A DNA stretch of 64,000 nt from Abditibacteriaceae bacterium (lineage in GTDB: Bacteria > Armatimonadota > Abditibacteriia > Abditibacteriales > Abditibacteriaceae): the NCBI GenBank assembly GCA_965277285.1, contig OZ255721.1, positions 3,232,001 to 3,296,000 on the forward strand. The letters run 5' to 3'. A program made the translations under genes and the position numbers. The notes below the pieces were generated by a model. The model did not search any database. It was not told the origin of the DNA and saw nothing but the letters and a program-made list of their open reading frames with translations. This document shows positions 1 to 9,003 of the stretch, piece by piece; the first letter of the stretch is position 1; each line of letters opens with the position of its first letter.

Positions 1-316
1 AGCCGAAATACGGGATGATGGGAATGATGCGCCGCGCGCTCGCGCGCTTGAAAGCGTCGCACATGATGAGCAATTCCATCAGCGTATCGTTCACCGGAGC
101 GCACGTCGGCTGCACCAAAAATACATCGGCGCCGCGAATGCTTTCGTTAATGGCACAGCGCATTTCGCCGTCGGCAAAGCGCGTCGTGATCATTTCGCCT
201 AATGGCAAATGTAAGTGCGCGGCGATGGCGCGCGCCAGTTGCGGATTGGCGTTGCCGGCGAAGATTTTCATCGTCTGTGAATAATCGTCGAAAGTCGGTA
301 CATGAACTTTGGCCAT
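1..316 (-). CDS. prs: Ribose-phosphate pyrophosphokinase (5' part; runs off window start)
   Basis: Manual minus-strand translation from ATG at 316 (GGAG upstream): MAKVHVPTFDDYSQTMKIFAGNANPQLA...TRFADGEMRCAINESIRGADVFLVQPTCAPVNDTLMELLIMCDAFKRASARRI. Follows the glmU-like gene as in the usual glmU-prs order. Confidence 0.95.
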   Translation of the reverse strand, partial: MAKVHVPTFDDYSQTMKIFAGNANPQLARAIAAHLHLPLGEMITTRFADGEMRCAINESIRGADVFLVQPTCAPVNDTLMELLIMCDAFKRASARRIIPIIPYFG

Positions 317-332
317 TTCGTTCTCCGCCACG

Positions 333-1085
333 TTACTGATGAGCGCACGCTCCTTCAGCCACCAGTTCCGCTTCCAAACTCTGCAACTGCGCGCGCGTGT
401 TGATGCCCGTCATTTCGCGCTCGGGGACATCGACCGCAACGACGCGCTCGCCGTTCTGCGTCAAAAGCCCGACGACATCGGTCAGATACCATTCGCCGGA
501 CGCGTTTTTGTTTTCGATTTTCCCCAGTTCGCGCCACAACGCCGCACTGTCGAAGCAATAGGTTCCGGCGTTCACGTCGCGGCACGCTTTTTCGGTTGGC
601 GAGGCATCTTTTGCTTCAACGATTTTCGATACAATGCCGTCCTCATTTTTGATGACACGCCCATAACTGCCTGGCTCGTCAACACGCGCGACGAGAAGCG
701 AAGCGGCTGCGTTTGCTGTATGACGGCGCTCAATAAGTTGCGAAAGAGTACTCGATTGGAGAAGCGGAACATCGCCGCACGTCACAAGAATGTCGCCTTG
801 AAAGTCTTTCAAAGTCGCTTCGCATTGTTGAACGGCGTGGCCTGTTCCGAGCATCTGGCTTTGCAAAGCGAACTCGACATGAGGAAAAACGCGCGAGGTT
901 TCGGATTCGACCGTTTCGGCTTGATGACCGACGACGACCACGATGCGGTCGGGATGAAGTTGAGATGCGCTTTCGAGTGCCCAGTGCAAAAGCGGCTTGC
1001 CGCACAGCGGATGAAGGACTTTGGCCAGATCGCTTTCCATGCGCGTGCCTTTTCCTGCGGCGAGAATGATGAGGGCGAGAGACAT
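333..1085 (-). CDS. glmU: GlmU-like nucleotidyltransferase (pyrophosphorylase domain only, 250 aa)
   Basis: ILAAGKGTRMESDLAKVLHPLCGKPLL, LGTGHAV, GDVPLL, YGRV, VNAGTYCF, GEWYLTD, GINTRAQL motifs; ends before any hexapeptide acetyltransferase domain. Confidence 0.8.
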   Translation of the reverse strand: MSLALIILAAGKGTRMESDLAKVLHPLCGKPLLHWALESASQLHPDRIVVVVGHQAETVESETSRVFPHVEFALQSQMLGTGHAVQQCEATLKDFQGDILVTCGDVPLLQSSTLSQLIERRHTANAAASLLVARVDEPGSYGRVIKNEDGIVSKIVEAKDASPTEKACRDVNAGTYCFDSAALWRELGKIENKNASGEWYLTDVVGLLTQNGERVVAVDVPEREMTGINTRAQLQSLEAELVAEGACAHQ

Positions 1086-1092
1086 AAAAAAA

Positions 1093-1166
1093 GTTTTGAG
1101 TTTTAAGTTTTCAGTTTTGAGTTACATTCGGTCAACTCAAAACTGAGAACTCAAAATTCAAAACTG
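1093..1166. repeat. Heptamer-tandem inverted repeat (GTTTTGA/GTTTTCA units ... AACTCAA/AACTGAG units)
   Basis: gttttgagttttaagttttcagttttgagtt followed by aactcaaaactgagaactcaaaattcaaaactg, between tRNA-Gln and glmU. Confidence 0.7.
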
Positions 1167-1170
1167 AAAG

Positions 1171-1242
1171 CTGGGCCGGGAGGATTCGAACCTCCGAATG
1201 CCGGATCCAAAGACCGGTGCCTTACCACTTGGCGACGGCCCA
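1171..1242 (-). tRNA. tRNA-Gln (TTG), CCA not encoded
   Basis: Reverse complement TGGGCCGTCGCCAAGTGGTAAGGCACCGGTCTTTGGATCCGGCATTCGGAGGTTCGAATCCTCCCGGCCCAG: acceptor stem, D loop TGGTAA, anticodon TTG, T loop GTTCGAATC. Confidence 0.95.
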
Positions 1243-1431
1243 AACGAATAACAAAAGTTTGGTTAAAACGCACATCGAGTACTCGAATTGAGCGATTGAA
1301 ATATGCTTTTTGCGCAAACTCTCGATATTCTAACAGGTTTCAAAAGGTGCGGCAATGTGCGGGTAAAACGGAATCTGGTGCGCCTTGAGACTTCGCGGAA
1401 ACCTTTCTGTCGGTTCTTCTCAGCCCGTTCT

Positions 1432-2889
1432 TCAATCCTTTCTGTTGCGCAAAGTCTCGAGGGTTTGTTGCTTGGTGCGTTGCAGGAGCCAGAAACCCAG
1501 ACCAGCGGCGGCGCCACAAGTCACGATCCAGATTAAAAAGGTAGCGGTGGGGCGCAAAGAGTAATCGCCGTCGCCGTTCAACATCGAGTCGATGACATAC
1601 ATGATGATGAATCCCAAAAGCAGGATTCCATCACCGACCGCGAAAGCACGACCATAGCCGGTTGTTTCGGCCACGATTTCGTCAATGGCGGCGCGATGCA
1701 ACTGGCGCGCTTGAAGGTTGACTTCCTGATGCATTTCTTCAGCTTCTTCGCGCATCTGATCGGAACTGGGCTTGGTCTTAGTCGCTACTGTGCCCGTCTG
1801 CGCGCGCTTTTCGTTAAGGACAACGCGCGCCAAAGCTTCGGCCTGTCTTTGCACGTCTTTGCGAGGCAGGGCACGCGCCTGAACACGCTTAACGGCCTCT
1901 GTCGCGCTTTTCGACGCCACCACGCCGGTTAGCAGCAAACTGAGGCCACCGCCCACCATGTTCATCATCGTGTGCGAGGGCATCAGCCAAAAATAAGCGT
2001 TGAGCATATAAAGCAGCGAAAGGCTGGTCAGCAAAGCGGCGCCACCGGCCCCGGCTCCTCCATATGTTTTCGCGGTTGCGATCAGGCCATCCACGTTTTC
2101 ATCGAACTGGGTTTCGCGGCGGCGTTGCAGTTCTTCTTCGCGCGCTTTGGCTTGTTCTTCTTCGCGTTTTTCCTGCTCGAGACGGCGCTCTCGTTCGCGC
2201 TTTTCTTCCATCCTCTGGTTTTCTTTGCGCACTTCCAGCATGACGCGTTCCATGTAGTCCTGGCGTGCGACGGCGCGTTGCTGCAATTCAATCGGCGAAA
2301 AAGTGAGCTTGGCCAGTTCGCCTTTGGAACGCTCCAGGCCTTCTTCCCACTGGCGCCACATATCGGCGCGGTATGCCGCCAATTCTTCGGGCGTCATCAA
2401 TTCTTCAATCGCTTTGGTCACGACCTGAGTGGCTACAGGATTTTGTGGCGCGGTACTATGCTCCTGTGCCGCATGCGCTGCCAAAACTTCTTCGACTTGG
2501 GCGCTCCGATCCTGGTCTTCACGGTAAACCTGCAGGAAATTGTCGTATTCGGCGCGGCGCTTGGTATCCAGCAACAAGTGGCGCGCCTGTGGCAAATAAA
2601 TTTCGTAAAGCTGCTGGTAATAAATTTTCTTCTGCGGGTTGCGATGATCTTGGTTCTTCTGCGCATCGAGGTACAACTCGGAGATGCGCTTACGCAAATC
2701 CTTGGGATCGCTTTGCAAAGGCATTTGCAGCACATCATAGAGATTGACGAAATCGACGGGCGCCTTTTGCGCCGCCGTCAAATCCGACGCCGTCAATTTG
2801 GTTTTCTGGGCGGCGCCCGACGGCGCGGCGGTGCCAGGCGATGAATTGTTCGTCTTGCTGTTTTCAGGAGATGTAATAGAAGGGAGCAT
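1432..2889 (-). CDS. Membrane protein with J-domain-like N-terminus (no HPD), coiled coil and C-terminal TM helices
   Basis: DFVNLYDVLQMPLQSDPKDLRKRI...ARHLLLDTKRRAEYD resembles DnaJ helices I-IV; E/R/Q-rich coil; about 4 hydrophobic segments. Confidence 0.65.
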   Translation of the reverse strand: MLPSITSPENSKTNNSSPGTAAPSGAAQKTKLTASDLTAAQKAPVDFVNLYDVLQMPLQSDPKDLRKRISELYLDAQKNQDHRNPQKKIYYQQLYEIYLPQARHLLLDTKRRAEYDNFLQVYREDQDRSAQVEEVLAAHAAQEHSTAPQNPVATQVVTKAIEELMTPEELAAYRADMWRQWEEGLERSKGELAKLTFSPIELQQRAVARQDYMERVMLEVRKENQRMEEKRERERRLEQEKREEEQAKAREEELQRRRETQFDENVDGLIATAKTYGGAGAGGAALLTSLSLLYMLNAYFWLMPSHTMMNMVGGGLSLLLTGVVASKSATEAVKRVQARALPRKDVQRQAEALARVVLNEKRAQTGTVATKTKPSSDQMREEAEEMHQEVNLQARQLHRAAIDEIVAETTGYGRAFAVGDGILLLGFIIMYVIDSMLNGDGDYSLRPTATFLIWIVTCGAAAGLGFWLLQRTKQQTLETLRNRKD

Positions 2890-3037
2890 TTGGTTTTCCT
2901 CGATGCAAAACCCGTAAGTGAAACTTAGAGTGGTTTACGATATGCCACAAATTGGCCATTAGTTTAATCTATTTGCAAAAATTTCTTCAACTCTGCTTAA
3001 CCACAATGCCACAAGACTGCGCCTACACTCGGCGTGC

Positions 3038-4687
3038 ATGAATTCTTTCTTGTCTGCTTCGCCAATAAATACATCCTCGAATGCATCGACGTACGCTCTG
3101 CCTCCCGTGTTGGCCGACGCGCCACATCATGCCGCGCTACGTCATGCCGCGCCACTGCTGGACAAGGACGACGCGGGTAAGGACAACTCCGGTAAAGATG
3201 ACTTTGTCGATCTTTACAATTTGCTCGATTTACCGCTTTCGAGTACTCAAAGCGAGTTGCGCAAGGTCATTTCCATTCTTTACCTGGAAGCGCAAAAGAA
3301 TCTCGATCATCGCAACGCGCAAAAAAAGTTCTATTACCAGCAAATGTATGAAGTGCATTTGCCGCGCGCCCGTTTCATTTTACTCAATGACAAACGTCGC
3401 CCTGAATACGATGAACACGTTCGCACTTTTTGCACCGATCGCGCCGAACAACGCGCTGCTCAACTTTCTAACGCCAACTTGTTGGAAGATGTGGCACATA
3501 CTGCGAGCGATGTTCTCAATGGTACAGGAATAATTGAAGATGCTGCCGCGCGCGTCGCTCAATCTGTTTTCGAAGAAGAAGTAACGCCGGAAATGCTGGC
3601 TGCACGCCGCGAAAGTTTGTGGCTGCAGTGGCAAAAAAGTTTGGAAGCGACGCAGGAATCGTCAACGCCTCAACCTCTGGTCTTTACGCCGCAGCAAGCG
3701 GTGCGCGAAGAAGTGCGCAACGTTTATATGCGCAAAACCTCCGTCGTGGTGCGCCAAGAAGAACGCGCGCGCCGTGAAGAAAGTCTGCGGCGTCAGCAAG
3801 AACGCTGGCGGGAGCAGAAGCAGCAACAGGAAAAATCCGCAGAAGAAGAACGCCAGAAAATTGAAGCCGAACAAAAACAATGGGAAGAACAAAAACAAAG
3901 GCAAATCGCGCTCGCTAAAACGGCGCGCGTGCGCTGGAGTTGGGGCAGTGGCCTGAGTGCTTTTATGCTGGGAACGATGCTTATTTTTGTGTTGAGCGGC
4001 GTTTCGAGTACTGGAACGGCGAGCCTGGCGAACGAACCGATGTTGGGGCATCAGCCATATCGCGGCGTGACTTCGGCCATTCCGGGGAAAATCGAAGCCG
4101 AAGATTACGATCAGGGCATGGAAAGCACGGCATATCACAAATTGACGCATACAATCAATGGCGGCGGCGATTACCGCTCAGGTTCGGGCGTGCCGATTGT
4201 TCCCACCAATGCGGGATATGCAGTGACAAACACTGCGCCCGGCGAATGGCTCAATTATACGGTGAACGTGGCGCAAAGCGGTCTTTATGACTTGGACGCG
4301 AATGTCGCGTCACGCGAAGGCGGCGGCAGTTTTTCGCTGAGTTTCAACGGTCAAGACAAGACCGGCGCCCTCGCGGTGCCCGCTACGAGCAGTGACAACG
4401 CGTATCAAACTGTTGAAAAAAAGGGAATTGAACTTTCCGCCGGGCAGCAAACCATGCGCTTGACTTTTGCCAGCGCTTCCGGCGACGGTTCGGCAGGCAA
4501 CTTCGATTTTCTCCAACTGCGCGCCGAAACTGTCGCCCAGGGTGGATCTTTATCGAACCTCGCCGCATCGAACCTCGCCGCCTTTGCTCGTCCTTTGCTG
4601 TTGCTGATTCTGGCGCTGTGTTGTTGTATGCTGGGAAATCAAATGGGCAAAGCGGCGGAACAGCGAGTCTTGACCAATCGTAAGTAA
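3038..4687 (+). CDS. Paralogous J-domain-like/coiled-coil membrane protein with a CBM6/CBM35-like carbohydrate-binding module
   Basis: DFVDLYNLLDLPLSSTQSELRKVI...ARFILLNDKRRPEYD; TM segment; IPGKIEAEDYDQG...GEWLNYTVNVAQSGLY...LSAGQQTMRLTF...NFDFL is a CBM6-type pattern; final TM. Confidence 0.7.
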   Translation: MNSFLSASPINTSSNASTYALPPVLADAPHHAALRHAAPLLDKDDAGKDNSGKDDFVDLYNLLDLPLSSTQSELRKVISILYLEAQKNLDHRNAQKKFYYQQMYEVHLPRARFILLNDKRRPEYDEHVRTFCTDRAEQRAAQLSNANLLEDVAHTASDVLNGTGIIEDAAARVAQSVFEEEVTPEMLAARRESLWLQWQKSLEATQESSTPQPLVFTPQQAVREEVRNVYMRKTSVVVRQEERARREESLRRQQERWREQKQQQEKSAEEERQKIEAEQKQWEEQKQRQIALAKTARVRWSWGSGLSAFMLGTMLIFVLSGVSSTGTASLANEPMLGHQPYRGVTSAIPGKIEAEDYDQGMESTAYHKLTHTINGGGDYRSGSGVPIVPTNAGYAVTNTAPGEWLNYTVNVAQSGLYDLDANVASREGGGSFSLSFNGQDKTGALAVPATSSDNAYQTVEKKGIELSAGQQTMRLTFASASGDGSAGNFDFLQLRAETVAQGGSLSNLAASNLAAFARPLLLLILALCCCMLGNQMGKAAEQRVLTNRK

Positions 4688-4707
4688 GCGCCACAGCGTT
4701 GAAACTT

Positions 4708-4739
4708 AAAGTCGCAATCGAGTACTCGATTGCGACTTT
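4708..4739. terminator. 32-bp perfect palindrome centred on TCGAGTACTCGA; probable bidirectional terminator
   Basis: AAAGTCGCAATCGAGTACTCGATTGCGACTTT between convergent stop codons at 4687 and 4748. Confidence 0.75.
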
Positions 4740-4747
4740 TCCTTTGT

Positions 4748-6439
4748 TCAAACGCGAAATAATGCGCCCAACTGTTTGCCTAAAAGGCGATTCGCCAGTA
4801 AAAATGTGACGGTCAACAGCGCCATGCCGACAACGCCGAGCGCGCAGGCCAGAAACGAGCCGCCGCTTTCAGAAATCGACAGGTTATAAATCGCTTTGGC
4901 AATCGGCACGTTGTCGTTGGAAATCGACAACAACAACGAATCCGACACTTCCAAGACCGCAAAGGCAAACGTCAAAAGTCCCGCCGCCAAAAGGTTCGCC
5001 GTCACCAGAGGCCGCGTGATGCGCCACGCCGTTTGGAGCGGCGATGCGCCCAAATTCTGCGACGCTTCTTCCAAAGTCACGCTCATTTGCTGCAGTCCGC
5101 CCGACACCGCGCGCAAGGCATACGGCAAGCGGCGAATCGCATATGAAATGACGAGCAGGGGAATCGCGTTTTGCAACGGATCGAGCGGATTGCCGTCTTT
5201 GCGAAACGTGGTGAGCAGTCCAAACGCCAGAATAAGTCCAGGCAAAGCGAGCGGCAACATCGCCAGAGTGTCCAAAAACGTTTTGCCCCAGACGCGACCT
5301 CGCACCAGCGCATACGCCAATGCGAAACCCGCGACGACATCCAAACTCATCGAAAGTCCGGCGCAGATGAGCGACGTTTTGATCGCGTTTAAAGTGTTGG
5401 TGACAGGATCGTGCAAAATTTTGCTATAGTTGTCGGTCGTCCAAACCGGCAGCAAGCGCGCTGTCCAATCGCTGGCGAAACTGGCCAGGACAACGCCGAT
5501 ATGCGGCAACATCGCGGCGAACAAGACAACGCCGAAAACTGTGTAAACGAGTACTCGTTCCCAGAACGATGCGCTTCGTTCGCGCCCGCTGGTTGTGCTG
5601 CGCGAAAGTGTTGCGATGCGCTGGCTGCTCTTATCGAGTACTCGACGTGAAATCCAGAAGACAAGCGCGGCGACAACGGTCAACCAGAAGGCGATGACGT
5701 AGCCACTGGAATTGAAGGTCGTCTTCGCATCGAAAATCTTGATCGCCGCGACTTCGTTGTAATTGAAAACCAATGGCGTCCCAAGATCGGTCAAGGCGAA
5801 AATGAAGACGATGAGGGCGCCCGCAAAATAACCGGGCAGCAAAAGCGGCAAGGTCACAGTTCGCCACAAGCGCCAGCCATTCGCGCCCAAATTTTCCGCC
5901 GCTTCTTCCACAGTCGGGTCGATGTTCGCCCACGCCGCGCTCAGGTTCAGGTAAATCAGCGGGTAAAGGTGCAAAGCCGAAACGATGATAATCATCGGCA
6001 CCTGAAAATCGAGCCATTGAACCGTCGGCCAATGCCATTGTCGCGCGAGCGTGTTCAAAACGCCTTCGCTGCCCAACATTTGACGCAAGCCGACGGCGCC
6101 GACAAACGGCGGCAACAGCAATGGCACCAACAACAATCCCGACAAAAATCCTTTGCCCGCAAAGCGCAAGCGCGCCACGAAATACGCCAGCGGCACCGCG
6201 AGGATTGAAGCCGCCAGCGTCGAGGCAATCGCAATTCCAAATGAATGCAGCATCGCGGTGCGCGTGGTTTGGTCGTTGAAGGGCAACAAGAGCAGCGAAG
6301 GTTGCCACGAATTGTTTTCCGAAATCGCGCCGATCATGACTTGCGAGACCGGATAAATCAGAAACGGCCCCAGCGTCAGCGCGCAAAAAGCCCACGTCCA
6401 GAACGTCTGCAAGGGCGAAAAAGAAAATCGTCGTTTCAT
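4748..6439 (-). CDS. Fe3+/thiamine-type ABC transporter permease (FbpB-like, two permease repeats)
   Basis: Two EAA motifs (EEAAENLGA, EEASQNLGA), PLLLPPFVGAVG; start taken at MKRRFSF because the upstream ORF part is a REP element. Confidence 0.85.
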   Translation of the reverse strand: MKRRFSFSPLQTFWTWAFCALTLGPFLIYPVSQVMIGAISENNSWQPSLLLLPFNDQTTRTAMLHSFGIAIASTLAASILAVPLAYFVARLRFAGKGFLSGLLLVPLLLPPFVGAVGLRQMLGSEGVLNTLARQWHWPTVQWLDFQVPMIIIVSALHLYPLIYLNLSAAWANIDPTVEEAAENLGANGWRLWRTVTLPLLLPGYFAGALIVFIFALTDLGTPLVFNYNEVAAIKIFDAKTTFNSSGYVIAFWLTVVAALVFWISRRVLDKSSQRIATLSRSTTSGRERSASFWERVLVYTVFGVVLFAAMLPHIGVVLASFASDWTARLLPVWTTDNYSKILHDPVTNTLNAIKTSLICAGLSMSLDVVAGFALAYALVRGRVWGKTFLDTLAMLPLALPGLILAFGLLTTFRKDGNPLDPLQNAIPLLVISYAIRRLPYALRAVSGGLQQMSVTLEEASQNLGASPLQTAWRITRPLVTANLLAAGLLTFAFAVLEVSDSLLLSISNDNVPIAKAIYNLSISESGGSFLACALGVVGMALLTVTFLLANRLLGKQLGALFRV

Positions 6440-6443
6440 AACT

Positions 6444-6532
6444 GTAGGGGCGCACGGCGTGCGCCCTGAACGTTGGCGCAACTGGATTTTTATCACCGCG
6501 TTACAACGAGGGCGCACGACGTGCGCCCCTAC
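6444..6532. repeat. GTAG-type REP doublet (REPIN-like)
   Basis: gtaggggcgcacggcgtgcgccc ... gggcgcacgacgtgcgcccctac in inverted arrangement; the right end supplies the LysR stop codon. Confidence 0.75.
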
Positions 6533-7389
6533 GAGCGCAACAACCGCACGAATTCTCGCGCCGCGCGGCTTTCATAACGTCCTTTAATTTTCAATCGCTG
6601 CAACGAGCGCCTGATTTTGAAATCGCGGATTTCGAGTACTCGAATCGACAGATCGTTCTCAATCGCTAAGCGGGAAACAAAGGCGATGCCGACATTGGCG
6701 GCGACTGCGCGCAAGATCGCTTGCGTGCTGCCCAGACTCATCGAAGGTTGCAACAAAATGCCGCGCGCTGCAAACGCCTGCTGCACCACTTCGCGCGTTC
6801 CCGAACCGCGCTCGCGCAAAATAAGCGGATATTGGAGGACATCTTCAACTTCAATCGTTGGTGGAATGACGTCGCTAACGCCCGCAACCGCGACGATTTC
6901 GTCCCATGCGAAAGCGTCCGCTTCCAGTTCGGGAAAGTGCATCAAACCTTCGCTCAAGCCGACATCGATTTTGTTCTCGACCAATTTGCGCTGCACTTCT
7001 TCCGTATTGGCGATTTCCAGATGCAGTTCGATTCTGGGATATTTCTGGCTGAACTGCGCACAAATCTGCGGCAACAAATAGGTTCCAATCGTCGAACTGG
7101 CGCCGACGACCAATCTTCCACGTTCGAGTACGCGCAGTTCGTCCAAAGCGTTTTCGGCTTCCGTTTCCAAACTGAAAATGCGACTGGCATAATCGAGCAA
7201 AAGTTCGCCCGCTTCGGTCAAGCGCACACCGCTGGACAAGCGATGAAACAGCGCGACGCCCAGACTTTTCTCGAACTCGCGCAACTGCTTGGAAACCGCG
7301 GGCTGCGAAATATGCAATCGTTCCGCGCCACGGCTGACGCTGCTTTCTTTGGCGACCGCATAAAAAATCGCCAGTTGGTTCAAATTCAC
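6529..7389 (-). CDS. LysR-family regulator (CysL/YeiE-like)
   Basis: MNLNQLAIFYAVAKESSVSRGAERLHISQPAVSKQLREFE HTH; GASSTIGTYLLP; RERGSGTR. Confidence 0.93.
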   Translation of the reverse strand: MNLNQLAIFYAVAKESSVSRGAERLHISQPAVSKQLREFEKSLGVALFHRLSSGVRLTEAGELLLDYASRIFSLETEAENALDELRVLERGRLVVGASSTIGTYLLPQICAQFSQKYPRIELHLEIANTEEVQRKLVENKIDVGLSEGLMHFPELEADAFAWDEIVAVAGVSDVIPPTIEVEDVLQYPLILRERGSGTREVVQQAFAARGILLQPSMSLGSTQAILRAVAANVGIAFVSRLAIENDLSIRVLEIRDFKIRRSLQRLKIKGRYESRAAREFVRLLRS

Positions 7390-7397
7390 GGATTAAT

Positions 7398-7414
7398 CAT
7401 AACCCGAAGTTATG
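7398..7414. promoter_or_regulatory. Putative LysR binding site (T-N11-A dyad)
   Basis: CATAAC-ccgaa-GTTATG inverted repeat in the divergent lysR/ferredoxin intergenic region. Confidence 0.55.
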
Positions 7415-7484
7415 TGACACATAGAAAAGATGTCTTAGCTTTGGTGTGGCGCGCGGCGTATCTTCTCTTTGGGAGGAAACGATT

Positions 7485-7730
7485 ATGGCTTATGTAATTG
7501 CCGAACCGTGCATCAACGTCAAGGACAAAGCGTGCGTTGAAATTTGCCCAATGGATTGCATTCACGGCGATGAAGATTCGCCGCAGATGTATATCAACCC
7601 TGGCGAATGTATCGACTGCGGCGCCTGCGAACATGAGTGTCCCGTTGGCGCGATTTATCAGGACACCGATTTACCAACGGAATGGAAGAGTTTTCAGGAA
7701 GTCAACGCGGCGTATTATGAGGGAAAGTAA
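7485..7730 (+). CDS. Ferredoxin (7Fe/8Fe type)
   Basis: MAYVIAEPCINVKDKACVEICPMDCIH...ECIDCGACEHECPVGAIY; GGAGG RBS. Confidence 0.93.
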   Translation: MAYVIAEPCINVKDKACVEICPMDCIHGDEDSPQMYINPGECIDCGACEHECPVGAIYQDTDLPTEWKSFQEVNAAYYEGK

Positions 7731-7797
7731 CGAACCCGAAGCGTCAGCGAGGGAGATAGTAGAAGTTAGCTCCCTCGCTGACGTTTCGGGTTCGTTT
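7729..7797. repeat. Inverted-repeat element (CGAACCCGAAGCGTCAGCGAGGGAG family), copy 1
   Basis: aacgaacccgaagcgtcagcgagggag...ctccctcgctgacgtttcgggttcgtt; second copy at about 52511-52574. Confidence 0.8.
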
Positions 7798-8881
7798 ATG
7801 AAATCGTGATTAATTGCGAAGATCGAGTACTCGAATTGTCTTTTAAGGCGCGCAATTGGCCGCACGCTGCTGCGACATCGGCGCCACGTTGAACACGTTG
7901 TGTGACAGCAACGCCAGCGCGTTCGAGAATATTGCGGAATTCGCGCAAGCGTTCGGGTTGCGGCGCGACGAAATCTTGTTCTTCCAGATTGGCGCCCGGC
8001 ACGTTGTTCCACGGAATCAGGTTGACGTGCACCGGCCAGCCTTTGCACCATTTCGCCAGAAGGCGCGCACGCTCGGCATCATCGTTGACGCCACCTAAAA
8101 CAACATACTCAAAGGTCGCGCGTCGTCCGGTTTGCGCCACATATTGGCGCGTCGCATTCACCAAATCGAGGACTCTAATCTTAGTCGAAGTCGGAATCAA
8201 GCGATGGCGCAATCCATCGTCCGGCGCATGAAGCGAAACCGCCAGCGTAACAGGAATTTGCGCGGCGGCGAGTTTTTCAATTCCCGCAATGATGCCGACC
8301 GTCGAAACAGTGATATGACGATACGGAATCGCCATTTCTTCGTGCATCAAGTGCAAAGTTCCCAGCACGTTGTTGACGTTGAGCAACGGTTCGCCCATTC
8401 CCATAAACACGATGTGCGTCGGAACGTGGCGCAAATGTTCATCGGTCGTCATCGCCAAAAGCGGCTGCGCGATAATTTCGGCTGTGGTCAAATTGCGGCG
8501 AAAACCGCCCAAACCCGTCGCGCAAAACTGACATTGCATCGCGCAACCGGCCTGACTGGAAACACAAACGCTCACACGGTCGTGATACGGAAGTCGCACG
8601 GTTTCAATGCGCTCGCCATCTTCGAGTTGCAGCAACAATTTGGTGCTGCCATCGTTTGAATCGAAACGCGCCGCAACGTCGGGAAAACGCAATCGAGTAC
8701 TCGATTGCGCGCTCGAAAGCCGCTCGCGCAACGCTTTCGGCAAATCCGTCATTTGCTCGAAACTTGTCGCGCCTTTGCGATAAATCCAAGCCGCGATCTG
8801 GCGCCCGCGAAAAGCCGGTTCTCCGATTTCGCGCAGCAAGGTTTCGATTTCCGAAGTGGTTTTTCCCAGCAATTGATTCAC
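7796..8881 (-). CDS. rlmN: 23S rRNA m2A2503 methyltransferase (radical SAM)
   Basis: CVSSQAGCAMQCQFCATG, VFMGMGEPL, VSTVG, LAVSLHAP, VNLIPWN, RGADVAAACGQL. Confidence 0.96.
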   Translation of the reverse strand: MNQLLGKTTSEIETLLREIGEPAFRGRQIAAWIYRKGATSFEQMTDLPKALRERLSSAQSSTRLRFPDVAARFDSNDGSTKLLLQLEDGERIETVRLPYHDRVSVCVSSQAGCAMQCQFCATGLGGFRRNLTTAEIIAQPLLAMTTDEHLRHVPTHIVFMGMGEPLLNVNNVLGTLHLMHEEMAIPYRHITVSTVGIIAGIEKLAAAQIPVTLAVSLHAPDDGLRHRLIPTSTKIRVLDLVNATRQYVAQTGRRATFEYVVLGGVNDDAERARLLAKWCKGWPVHVNLIPWNNVPGANLEEQDFVAPQPERLREFRNILERAGVAVTQRVQRGADVAAACGQLRALKDNSSTRSSQLITIS

Positions 8882-8901
8882 AATTAGAGTTTACCTAAAC
8901 A

Positions 8902-8997
8902 GCCAAGACGCCAAGAACGCCAAGAACGCCAAGAAAAAAGAGATTCGAGTACTCGATTGAGCAACTTTCTCTCAAAATCTTGGCGTTCTTGGCGGCT
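8902..8997. repeat. CGCCAAGAA 9-mer tandem inverted-repeat element with central TCGAGTACTCGA
   Basis: gccaagacgccaagaacgccaagaacgccaag ... cttggcgttcttggcggc; related half-element at about 16080-16107. Confidence 0.7.
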
Positions 8998-9003
8998 TAA
9001 TAT

